Assembly: GCA_965221695.1 (NCBI GenBank)
Contig: OZ244905.1
Coordinates: 1,312,001-1,376,000 of the forward strand
Direction of reading: 5' to 3'
DNA: 64,000 nucleotides
DNA from: Gammaproteobacteria bacterium
Lineage (GTDB): Bacteria > Pseudomonadota > Gammaproteobacteria > Eutrophobiales > Eutrophobiaceae
Shown: piece after piece, positions 36,958-45,908 of the stretch
How positions within the stretch are numbered: the stretch's first letter is position 1
Layout of the letters: every line of letters starts with the position of its first letter
The notes under the pieces: generated by a model
The model's input: only the letters and a program-made list of their open reading frames with translations
Databases searched by the model: none
Told to the model about the DNA's origin: nothing
Made by a program: the position numbers and the translations under genes

Positions 36958-37992
36958 TCAGGGGCGCGTTGGAAGAAGGCCCCGGGCCAGCCCGTCGCTG
37001 CCGCGCTTGACCAGTCCGGCAAAACCATCGACATCAATGTTCGAACCACAAATGATCGCGGCGACCCGCTTGCCTCTGAGCCGCTCTGCGAGCGGCCCGA
37101 AAACGGCAGCCGTGGTTGCTGCGCCGGCAGGCTCAACCGCCAGTTTCCCATGTTCAAACAATATGGCCGCAGCCGCCGCAAGTTCATCGTCCGTTACCAG
37201 CACAAGGCCGTCCAGTGAGCGCTCACACATTGAATAGCAGTAGTCGGTGGTAAACGGGGGAGCCAGGCTGTCGGCTATCGTAGACAGTTCAGCCAGGCTC
37301 TGCGCTGAACCTGCGGCCAGGCTTTTCTGCATCACAGCAGCGCCTTCGGGCTCAACTCCATACACCTTGCACTTTGAATTCAGCAGCTTGGTAACCACTC
37401 CGACACCAGCGCATAACCCGCCTCCTCCTATGGGCACGACTACCGCGTCCAGTCCCCCCACCGCGTCGTGCAGTTCCAGTCCGCAGGTGCCGGTCCCTTC
37501 CGCCACCCTGAAACCTTCAAACGGGTGGATAAAGGTCCTTCCTTCCTGTTCCACTATTTCCTCAACCATCCTGAAGCCGATAGGCCCATTCTCCGCGATC
37601 AGAATTTCAGCCCCGAGATTGCGAGCAATTTCGATCCTGGCGGGGTTGGCGCTGGCCTGCATAACCACTTTTGCGTTGGTGTTGACACAGCGGGCCGCAT
37701 AAGCAGCGGCAATGGCGTGGTTACCGGAACTCATTGCAGTGACACCGCGGGCCAACTGGTCATCAGACAGGCACAGCGCATTATTGACCGCGGCGCGCGC
37801 CTTGAACGTTCCGGTTCGCTGGAACAACTCCAGTTTTAAAAACAATTCCGTGTCTGCTCCCAGCCTGGAGGCGACCGTATCTCCGGACCAATGAAAGGTC
37901 GGCGTCATTCGTATATAGGGCGCCAGTCTTGCGGCAGTTAACCGAACTTCTTCCAGGGTCGGCGCCTTGTGTTCGTTCGATTTGACGTTCAT
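36958..37992 (-). CDS. PLP-dependent serine/threonine dehydratase family protein
   Basis: FQRTGTFKAR, SSGNHA, GGGGL, EPAGA, CGSN. Confidence 0.9.
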   Translation of the reverse strand: MNVKSNEHKAPTLEEVRLTAARLAPYIRMTPTFHWSGDTVASRLGADTELFLKLELFQRTGTFKARAAVNNALCLSDDQLARGVTAMSSGNHAIAAAYAARCVNTNAKVVMQASANPARIEIARNLGAEILIAENGPIGFRMVEEIVEQEGRTFIHPFEGFRVAEGTGTCGLELHDAVGGLDAVVVPIGGGGLCAGVGVVTKLLNSKCKVYGVEPEGAAVMQKSLAAGSAQSLAELSTIADSLAPPFTTDYCYSMCERSLDGLVLVTDDELAAAAAILFEHGKLAVEPAGAATTAAVFGPLAERLRGKRVAAIICGSNIDVDGFAGLVKRGSDGLARGLLPTRP

Positions 37993-38124
37993 TGTATTAA
38001 CCCGTTAGCTGAAGTTTTCTTCTGTCAGTTATCTGAATGCTTCCTGAAATCAGAAAATATACGGCAAAACCTGTAATCGGAATTATTCAGGACAACGATT
38101 ATGCTATTGAAACCAAGCAGGTTT

Positions 38125-39171
38125 CTACATAACGGTCGGGATACGTTCCGCCCGCGCCAGTTTGGGGGTAACTCCAAAGTATTTTCTGAATGCCGTGGTA
38201 AAGTTACTCGAATACTCGTAACCCACGCTCATACTGATCTGGGTAATAGTCATTTCAGTATTGGCTAGTAAATCACAGGCTTTTTCCATGCGGGCGCGGT
38301 GCAGGTAATTATGCACCGTGGTGCCTACGGCTTGTCTGAACACCCGCATCAACTGGGTCTCATTCCAGGACAGGGTTTTAGCCAGTTCACTAATGGTAGG
38401 CGCTTCCGATAAGTCGTTTTCGAGAATTTCACATATCTCTGCAACGCGCTTGATGTCCCGCTGCCGCAACGGGGTTTCAACCGCTCCCGAACCCGGCCAC
38501 AATTTTGATAACTGGTCCAGGGTGTAACAAAGCAGTTCCAGGGTCTTGGCTTCAATATGGAGTTGTTGCAGGCGTCCCGTATAATTCGTTTCAAACAAGG
38601 ACTTCACTGCTGAGATCATTTCAGGACGCATACGGACTGCCCAGTAATACATGTCTTTCTGCTTACTGTAAAGAAAGTTCTCCAACGGGGTAGACATCAA
38701 CAGCGAGGCGCCGGAAATGATTTCTTCCAGAAACGGCGGGTCGCACAAGAGGGTTACCGACTGCTCATGTTGGCGCGCAGGAAAGCACTCGATCTTTTTC
38801 ATGCCGGACGGCTGGATCAGAACACCAAAGGTCATGGGGTCTACCGGTTCGAGTTCATCCCCCTCGGCGCCTATCTCACTGCTGCCTCTATAGCGAAAAT
38901 GGAATTTGACCACATCTCCGCTTTCACTCAGATCACTATGGGCATAATCATGCTCCACGTCGCCTATCAGGACAGCCAGGCCCTTCCTGACGATGCAGAT
39001 ATCCTTTATCCCATGGGTCTCAGGACCAGGCGTTGCCAGCCTAAGTCCAAAATCACTATCGTAGGGTTGTTTATCAAGAGGCTGATACCTGGGCGGGATG
39101 TCATTGAGCAATGCAGGCGCGTCATTTTCGCGTCTTGCCTTGACTACCGTTTCCGACTTGTTATCTGCCAT
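38125..39171 (-). CDS. AraC-family regulator
   Basis: C-terminal SVGYEYSSNFTTAFRKYFGVTP. Confidence 0.9.
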   Translation of the reverse strand: MADNKSETVVKARRENDAPALLNDIPPRYQPLDKQPYDSDFGLRLATPGPETHGIKDICIVRKGLAVLIGDVEHDYAHSDLSESGDVVKFHFRYRGSSEIGAEGDELEPVDPMTFGVLIQPSGMKKIECFPARQHEQSVTLLCDPPFLEEIISGASLLMSTPLENFLYSKQKDMYYWAVRMRPEMISAVKSLFETNYTGRLQQLHIEAKTLELLCYTLDQLSKLWPGSGAVETPLRQRDIKRVAEICEILENDLSEAPTISELAKTLSWNETQLMRVFRQAVGTTVHNYLHRARMEKACDLLANTEMTITQISMSVGYEYSSNFTTAFRKYFGVTPKLARAERIPTVM

Positions 39172-39297
39172 GTCTATAACTGTTCAGGTTATGTGGCCTA
39201 CAGGTATGGATAAAATACCGGCCAGCCTGTCATTTTTCACACAAGGACCAAACTTTATTACATAATGATGTGTATTGACAGACCTGAATGTGCGGAA

Positions 39298-40797
39298 ATG
39301 AGCAAGCTAACCCAACTGAAACGAAGAGATGTTCTGCGCAGGCTTGGCGCCTTGGGCATAACAGGGGGTATAACGGGCGTTATGGGCCAACTGTATTCCG
39401 GTTCATTATTGGCGCGCGCGGGCAATACTGAAAAAGGCTTGGGCCGGTTGGTATCGGGCGAAGTCATCAACCGCGCTGATGGCCAATATGAAGCCTGGCG
39501 CAACAGCATGGTCTGGCACCTGAGAAAACCCGATCGCTACCCGGACATGATAGTCCGGGCACAGTCTGAACAGGATGTGATTGGCGCGGTGAAATACGCG
39601 ACAGACAACGGGCTCAGAGTGTCAGCGAAGAGCAGCGGCCATAATTCCACCTGCGCCGCGGTACGCGCCGGCGGTATGCTGATTGACCTGGCGCTGCTGC
39701 GTGACGTCAAAATCGATCCGGCCACCAGAACCGCGCGCATACAACCGGCGCTTTGGTCGGAACAACTTATCCGGGAAACAAGCAAACATGGCCTTGCTTT
39801 TCCAGCCGCGCATTGCCCTACGGTAGCGCTTGGTGGATACCTGCTTGGCGGCGGCGCCGGCTGGAACCATGGCCAGTGGGGAAGTATGGCCTGTTATTCG
39901 GTCATAAGCGCCGATATCATCCTGGCCGGTGGCAGAAAGGTTACCGCCAGCGCCGATTCCTATCCGGACCTGTTCTGGGCTGTGCGCGGCGCCGGGCATG
40001 GCTTTTTCGGCATCGTCACGGGGTTGGAATTACAGCTTTATCCTCTGCCGCGGAGTATATACACCAGCATGTATGTAACGCCGATCGATAAGCTGCAGAC
40101 CGTCCTCGATTCCCTGGATGAACTCAGCAATGCAAAAGATGATCGCGTTGAAATGCTTGTGCTGCTGATGCATGATCCGCAGGCGTCAGCGGATACGCGT
40201 CCGGACCAGGCCAAGATCTGCCTGGTGGGCGTGAATGCTTTTGCCGATTCCGAAGACGAAGCCACATCAATGCTGGCGCCGTTCGCAAACAGCAAACTTG
40301 CCGCCGCCAGCGCGTTCAAACTTGAGCGCCAGCCGAGTTCGTTTGCAAAGCTGTATAACCCGGATGTCATCGACACCGGCGTCGGCCGCTACATGGTTGA
40401 CAGTATCTGGACCGACGAACCGGGACCGGCCTTGTCATCCCTGGTTGAGCACTTCAAGACAACGCCGTCAGCCCGCACCCACATCTTATGTTCCTATGGG
40501 GTGAATCCCGAACTGCGCAAAGACGCTTGCTTCTCACGCGTCGCCTCGCATTTCCTGGCCAACTACATGCTCTGGGATAACGCCCAGGATGACGAGGCCA
40601 ACCATGCCTGGCTGAAACAGACCAACGACTTGCTCCAGCCGTACAGCAAGGGGACTTACATCAATGAAGTTGAAGCAACCCTGTTCCCGGAGAGGGTAAA
40701 AACCTGCTTTTCCGATGAGAGCTGGCGGCGCCTGGCCGAACTCCGAAGAAAATACGACCCAGACAACATCTTTCATACCTACCTGGGGTATTCGTAA
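39298..40797 (+). CDS. Tat-exported FAD-linked oxidase (BBE/VAO family)
   Basis: KRRDVLRR signal; KSSGHN, LFWAVRGAG, RKYDPDNIF. Confidence 0.88.
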   Translation: MSKLTQLKRRDVLRRLGALGITGGITGVMGQLYSGSLLARAGNTEKGLGRLVSGEVINRADGQYEAWRNSMVWHLRKPDRYPDMIVRAQSEQDVIGAVKYATDNGLRVSAKSSGHNSTCAAVRAGGMLIDLALLRDVKIDPATRTARIQPALWSEQLIRETSKHGLAFPAAHCPTVALGGYLLGGGAGWNHGQWGSMACYSVISADIILAGGRKVTASADSYPDLFWAVRGAGHGFFGIVTGLELQLYPLPRSIYTSMYVTPIDKLQTVLDSLDELSNAKDDRVEMLVLLMHDPQASADTRPDQAKICLVGVNAFADSEDEATSMLAPFANSKLAAASAFKLERQPSSFAKLYNPDVIDTGVGRYMVDSIWTDEPGPALSSLVEHFKTTPSARTHILCSYGVNPELRKDACFSRVASHFLANYMLWDNAQDDEANHAWLKQTNDLLQPYSKGTYINEVEATLFPERVKTCFSDESWRRLAELRRKYDPDNIFHTYLGYS

Positions 40798-40815
40798 TAC
40801 GGGGGCATGATACTT

Positions 40816-40885
40816 GGGGTCAGAGTAAAATCTTCCTCAAGAGCATTGCCAATGGCAACATAAGTAGTGATTTTACTCTCACCCC
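40816..40885. repeat. F4 inverted repeat between convergent genes
   Basis: GGGGTCAGAGTAAAATC...GATTTTACTCTCACCCC (16/17 paired); half-site GGGGTCAGA at 52412. Confidence 0.75.
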
Positions 40886-40904
40886 GCAGTTTCAAGTATC
40901 AGTA

Positions 40905-43211
40905 TCAGAAGCTGTACCTGGCCTCCCCGCCCCAGATCCTCGGCTGGTTGACGTAGCCCAGGTTGTTGGCAAAGTCGATGCCGCCGATGGGATTATGCTC
41001 GTTGGTGATATTGCGGGCAAACAGGCCAATCTCGAAGTTTCTTACCGTGTCCCGGTAGCCCACTCTCAACCCGCCTTCAAACTGGGTGCCGAATGTGAAT
41101 TCTATGCTCTCGTAAAGAAAATCGCTGGTCTTGCCTTTTAGTTTCCAGTCGCTGAACAGGTACAGTTCAGTGCCGTTTGCCAGCGGATGAGTATAGTCCA
41201 ACTCGATGTTCGCGGTCCATTTCGGCGCATGCTGGAACGGGTTGCCGTCAACGTACACATACGGTTTTCCCCTTGGGTCTAAAACGATATTACCATCGTC
41301 ATCCACTTGAGGCGGGTCCAGCGCAGTACAAAAATTGCACACTGCAATCGCCAATTCATCATCATTGATCTCCGTCTTGTTATAACCAAACCCACCGGAA
41401 AGGATGAGATTCTCCGTAACAGCAAAATCAATGTCTAACTCAACACCGTAACCGACGCCTTCATCAGCATTTGTCAGGGTCGTTCTGTTATCAACTCCTC
41501 CAACAAAAACCAACTGTATGTCATCGACTTCATAGTAAAAGGCCGCCATGTTCAACCTGACTTTATCAAACAATGCCTTGTAGCCGATCTCGTAAGACGT
41601 CATGGTCTCGGAGTCGGTGATCGTAATTTCAGGATCGTCCTCAAGGCGATCCGCTACTGTAGGCGCTCGGAAACCGGATGCCGCCCGTACATAGACCTGG
41701 GCATTATCGCCTAACGCACGCGCCAGCGATATGTTCCAACTGACTTTATCGTCCTCCAGGCTGATCGGATCCAAAGGGACCAATACACCATTATTGTCAG
41801 CACGGAAATGTTGCGCGTCTTTCTCATCATCGGTATAGCGTATTCCTGCGGTAAATGTCGCATGCTCGGTGATGCCGAAATCGCCCTGCGCAAACAGAGC
41901 CCAGGTCGTGTTCTCGATATCGGAAATATTGCCCACGATGAAATCAGTAGCAGCGGCGGTTTGACCTTGCGAGACGCTCTTCAAGTCATCTTCGAAGTAG
42001 AAAGCGCCAAACTGGTAGTTAAACGGGCCATCCAGATTGCTGGCGATGCGTATTTCCTGCGTGATCTGCTCTATGGTCTGGTCGCCGCCGGTATCCACGT
42101 CAACGACGAAAGGCGAAGCAGCGGGATTGAAAGGCGTGCTCGGCGGGCCAAACGGACCAAACGGCCCCTCCGCTACATCTCCACAAGCAAACTGTAATAG
42201 ACAACCATACCCGCCGTCAATGTCACCCCGAGCAAAACGGTCATAGATATCCTGGTAAGACGTAATCGAGGTAATCGTATGGTCGTTCACGTCCCAGTCC
42301 ATTTTCAGGGTTACGCCGAAACTTTTTATTTTTGCCGGGTTGTTGTCGCCGCCGTCGAACCATACCGTGTCGCGTTTATAGTTGTCATTCAGCTTGTTGC
42401 TGCCCTGGTCAAACACATTGGCGCGGAACAGCGAAGCGGAATTACCGCCCTGGTCCTGGTGCTGGTACAGCAGCAACGCGCTGAAATCATCAGTGGGTGT
42501 CCACAACAACTGGGCGCGCCCGGCAAAGATATCGAACCCGCCCATCGCGTCGTTTTCACCAGTGTAGCCGTTATTGACCCAGTCCGAGCGATGCTGGGTA
42601 ATAAACGACAGCCGGCCCATCAAGGTGTTCTCCACCAGTGTGCCGCCGATTGCGCCTTCCACGTTTATCGTCCCCTTATTGCCGCCGGAAGCCTTGACAT
42701 AGCCTTCCGTTTCCTCGGTGGGACGGCGTGAATCGAACTTGATGATGCCCGCCGTGGTGTTGCGACCAAACAACGTGCCCTGGGGGCCGCGGATGACCTC
42801 CACATCGTCAATGTCGAAGATGGGAAATGACTTGAGAGAAGGTTTTTCCATCACCACTTCGTCAAACACGATCAACACCGGTTGCGATGCGGCTGCGGTA
42901 AAGTCGGGATTGCCCAGTCCGCGCATGTAGAAACGCGGCGACAAGCGACCATTGGAGCTTTCTACATGCAATCCCGGCACCGTGCTGGCCAGCGCCAGGA
43001 TGTCTTCCCCTCCGGTGAATTTGGATTCGAGTCTTTGACCGGAAAGCCTGGAAATTGAAATTGGCACATCCTGGATGTTCTCCTCGCGTTTTTGCGCGGT
43101 CACTACGATTTCCTCAAGCACTGTCTGGGCATGAGACGGCATGGCGAGGATACATATCAGGGCAAAAAGGCCCAAGTTGGGAAAGTATCTGTTGATTCTC
43201 GGATTGACCAT
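40905..43211 (-). CDS. TonB-dependent receptor
   Basis: EEIVVTAQKRE, RGPQGTLFGRN, C-terminal Phe. Confidence 0.93.
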   Translation of the reverse strand: MVNPRINRYFPNLGLFALICILAMPSHAQTVLEEIVVTAQKREENIQDVPISISRLSGQRLESKFTGGEDILALASTVPGLHVESSNGRLSPRFYMRGLGNPDFTAAASQPVLIVFDEVVMEKPSLKSFPIFDIDDVEVIRGPQGTLFGRNTTAGIIKFDSRRPTEETEGYVKASGGNKGTINVEGAIGGTLVENTLMGRLSFITQHRSDWVNNGYTGENDAMGGFDIFAGRAQLLWTPTDDFSALLLYQHQDQGGNSASLFRANVFDQGSNKLNDNYKRDTVWFDGGDNNPAKIKSFGVTLKMDWDVNDHTITSITSYQDIYDRFARGDIDGGYGCLLQFACGDVAEGPFGPFGPPSTPFNPAASPFVVDVDTGGDQTIEQITQEIRIASNLDGPFNYQFGAFYFEDDLKSVSQGQTAAATDFIVGNISDIENTTWALFAQGDFGITEHATFTAGIRYTDDEKDAQHFRADNNGVLVPLDPISLEDDKVSWNISLARALGDNAQVYVRAASGFRAPTVADRLEDDPEITITDSETMTSYEIGYKALFDKVRLNMAAFYYEVDDIQLVFVGGVDNRTTLTNADEGVGYGVELDIDFAVTENLILSGGFGYNKTEINDDELAIAVCNFCTALDPPQVDDDGNIVLDPRGKPYVYVDGNPFQHAPKWTANIELDYTHPLANGTELYLFSDWKLKGKTSDFLYESIEFTFGTQFEGGLRVGYRDTVRNFEIGLFARNITNEHNPIGGIDFANNLGYVNQPRIWGGEARYSF

Positions 43212-43230
43212 TCTTCTTCTCCTGGCGCAG

Positions 43231-43263
43231 TAAAGAAACCGCTGATGAAGTCAGGGTTCCCTA
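43231..43263. repeat. F1 minimal degenerate hairpin
   Basis: TAAAGAAACCGCTGATGAAGTCAGGGTTCCCTA. Confidence 0.6.
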
Positions 43264-43380
43264 AATTTTATTGACATTTTGTTCTTGTGGATTTTATACC
43301 ATTATTGTCGCATTGTGAATACTAAATGGCTCTGCACGCCCCGACTGCATGTAACTATTGACCTAGACCGGGGTATTCCG

Positions 43381-43461
43381 CCGTAGCACTCCCGCAACAG
43401 CGGAAGTCCAGTCTATTACTGTGTCGCCCGCAGGGCGACCCTTTGTTTTACGGGAATGGTA
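43381..43461 (+). repeat. F3 composite repeat (A-B-partial A')
   Basis: CCGTAGCACTCCCGCAACAGCGGAAGTCCAG...GTCGCCCGCAGGGCGACCCTTTGTTTTACGGGAATGGT. Confidence 0.75.
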
Positions 43462-43476
43462 TATGGAGTGTCTGTG

Positions 43477-44562
43477 TTACGCGGCGAGGCGCCTGCGATC
43501 CGAGAGACGAGAATCCTTGAAACTCTCAGATATCTGATCACCGTCTACCAGAATATCGGTGAGTTGATCCTTAAACGCTTGCAGGTCTTTCCACCCGGTT
43601 GCGCAATGGGCGATGCGGCCGTCTTGTTCATCCACCACGGTATAACCGTCAGCGGTGACGCGCACCGGCAAATCCTCCATAATCAGAAGCTCCAGGGAAT
43701 GCGCGGCATAGACGGCAACGGTATCGAACAAGACCGTGCTTATCAGCGCCGGGTCGGTCCCCGGTTTTATGAAAGGCGCTTGCGGCAACCAGATCTTATA
43801 ATTGTCGATCAACGCATTGAGCCAGGGATCCTCACTTTGGTATATTCGCTGATAATTCTCGCCAGCCAGCTCCACGACTCCGCAAACATCCAAAGGCAAT
43901 ATCGTGCAGTCCCAGGGCGCGGCAAATACCTGTTGCAATGCTTCGGGGTCGGATTTGACATTCCATTCTGCCGCGGGCGGCGGTTTGCCGCCATAACCCA
44001 GGCGCAGGGAACCGTGCATTCCGATAAAACGCGCATTCTCGGCGATTGACGGGTCCTGTTTCAACGCTTGTGCAATATTCGGTACCGGACCGATGCAGAT
44101 CAGGGTAATGGGCTCCGGAGATTGCTTAATCGTATCGATCAAAGCCTGTACACCATCGCGGCGCACCGGCCCCGGGTAATCTTCCAACCGGTAATCGCCT
44201 ATCCAACCGCTCTGTCCCCTCGGCTGATCCGTTTGGCCCAGGCCCACACCGATTGGAATATGCGCATGTCCGGTCAGTTCGAGCAATTTGGCGAGCAAAC
44301 GGCAGCGGTAGATAGCATTGCCGAAATCGCTGACCACCAGTTTTAGCTCGAACTGCGGCATGCGCAACAGCATTAACAATGCCCAGGTATCGTCGATATC
44401 ATCGCCAATGTCGGTATCAAGTATCACAGGTATCCTGGGGCCGGAAAAAGAAGTGTTAAGACCGGCTGCACTGCTGAACCGAAGCGGCGCAGCGGTGGCG
44501 AGGCCTGACAGCAGCGCCAGAGATTGTTGCATGAATGACCTTCTGGTCAACCTTTTAAACAT
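43477..44562 (-). CDS. nucleoside hydrolase with a Tat signal
   Basis: TRRSFMQQ; ILDTDIGDDIDD; GPVPNIA; AEWN. Confidence 0.88.
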   Translation of the reverse strand: MFKRLTRRSFMQQSLALLSGLATAAPLRFSSAAGLNTSFSGPRIPVILDTDIGDDIDDTWALLMLLRMPQFELKLVVSDFGNAIYRCRLLAKLLELTGHAHIPIGVGLGQTDQPRGQSGWIGDYRLEDYPGPVRRDGVQALIDTIKQSPEPITLICIGPVPNIAQALKQDPSIAENARFIGMHGSLRLGYGGKPPPAAEWNVKSDPEALQQVFAAPWDCTILPLDVCGVVELAGENYQRIYQSEDPWLNALIDNYKIWLPQAPFIKPGTDPALISTVLFDTVAVYAAHSLELLIMEDLPVRVTADGYTVVDEQDGRIAHCATGWKDLQAFKDQLTDILVDGDQISESFKDSRLSDRRRLAA

Positions 44563-44574
44563 GTTTCTTCTCCA

Positions 44575-45126
44575 TTAAACCCGCACTACGCGGCCGGTCA
44601 TAGCATCGCGGATCACGCTGGGCCTGGGGTCTCCGCCGACGTTGCCGGGGACATAACAGTCCACATCCTGACCGAAATATGCCCTGGCGCGGCGCTGGGT
44701 TCGGGCGGGCCGGCAGCCGGACGGGTTGGCACTGGTTGACACGAGCGATCCGAATCTGTCACACAGTTGCCGCACGACGGGGTGCGCGGACACCCGCACT
44801 GCCAGTGTGTCATACCGGCCCGTCAGCCAGCGCGGCGTCTCGGGTCGGGTCGGCGCCAACCAGGTGACCGGGCCAGGCCAGGAGCCGGTTATCTGGTCCA
44901 GTCCGGACAATCCGGAAAAGTCCACCAGTTCTGTTAACTGTTCCGGCTCTGAAGCGATGACGATCAGTCCCTTGTCGACCGAGCGCCGTTTCAAGCGCAG
45001 GATTTTCAATGTTGCCGCTTCATTCCAGGGGTCACAGCCAAGCCCCATCACCGCCTCTGTGGGATAAGCGATGACGCCGCCATGTTCCAGGACCCGGCAG
45101 GCTGCGCTGACTTGGCCGCCCTCCAA
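44575..45126 (-). CDS. tsaC: threonylcarbamoyl-AMP synthase
   Basis: IAYPTEAVMGLGCDP, KRRSVDKGLI, STSAN. Confidence 0.93.
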   Translation of the reverse strand: MEGGQVSAACRVLEHGGVIAYPTEAVMGLGCDPWNEAATLKILRLKRRSVDKGLIVIASEPEQLTELVDFSGLSGLDQITGSWPGPVTWLAPTRPETPRWLTGRYDTLAVRVSAHPVVRQLCDRFGSLVSTSANPSGCRPARTQRRARAYFGQDVDCYVPGNVGGDPRPSVIRDAMTGRVVRV

Positions 45127-45132
45127 GTTGAC

Positions 45133-45645
45133 TTATCCGGCCAGTTGCTCCTGCAATGCCGCATCCTTGGCCTGGACTGAGCGGGTCATCTGCTCGCGTT
45201 CAGCGCGGATGGCAGCGGCAAGCTCCGCGTCCTGTAGTGCAAGGATCTGCGCGGCCAGGTAGGCTGCATTCTTCGCGCCCGCCTTGCCGATGGCAACGGT
45301 CCCGACCGGGATACCTCCAGGCATTTGCACGGTTGCCAGCAGCGCATCCATACCGCTTAACGGACCGGCGTCCAGGGGCACGCCGATGACCGGCCTCGTG
45401 GTAGTGGCAGCCACCGCGCCGGCCAGGTGTGCGGCCAGTCCCGCGGCAGCGATGAATACCGCACAACCGCGCGCCTCCGCATCCTTGATATACCCCTTGG
45501 TCGCCTCCGGCGTGCGATGTGCCGAGGTGATCTTGACTTCTCTGGGAATGGAAAAACTGTCCAGCGTCTCAATAGTCGAACGCATTACCGGCAAGTCGGA
45601 ATCCGACCCCATTAAAATTGCTACAAACGGTTTGTTTTCATTCAT
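45133..45645 (-). CDS. purE: N5-CAIR mutase
   Basis: MGSDSDLP, SAHRTP, AAHLAG, VQMPGGIPV. Confidence 0.96.
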   Translation of the reverse strand: MNENKPFVAILMGSDSDLPVMRSTIETLDSFSIPREVKITSAHRTPEATKGYIKDAEARGCAVFIAAAGLAAHLAGAVAATTTRPVIGVPLDAGPLSGMDALLATVQMPGGIPVGTVAIGKAGAKNAAYLAAQILALQDAELAAAIRAEREQMTRSVQAKDAALQEQLAG

Positions 45646-45720
45646 TTTTATTTCTCATATTAAACACTCGTAATCAGGAATCTGCGCAAGCATATAACTG
45701 TTGGTAATGAGGGCATTTCT

Positions 45721-45908
45721 CCGTACCTCTCCTCAACAGATAGGCTCCCGTCAAATTCTGTGTCGCCCGAAGGGCGACCCTTTGTTCCACTGGATTCCCG
45801 TTTTCACGGGAATGGGAGGGGGGGCGCTTGCATGAGCGCAGCCGCCGTACCACTCCCGCGAAAGCGGGAGTCCAGTCATATTCTGTGTCGCCCGAAGGGC
45901 GACCCTTT
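45721..45908 (+). repeat. F3 tandem composite (degenerate A-B-A', spacer, A-B)
   Basis: Two CTGTGTCGCCCGAAGGGCGACCCTTT copies, CTGGATTCCCGTTTTCACGGGAATGG and CACTCCCGCGAAAGCGGGAGTCCAG. Confidence 0.85.
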
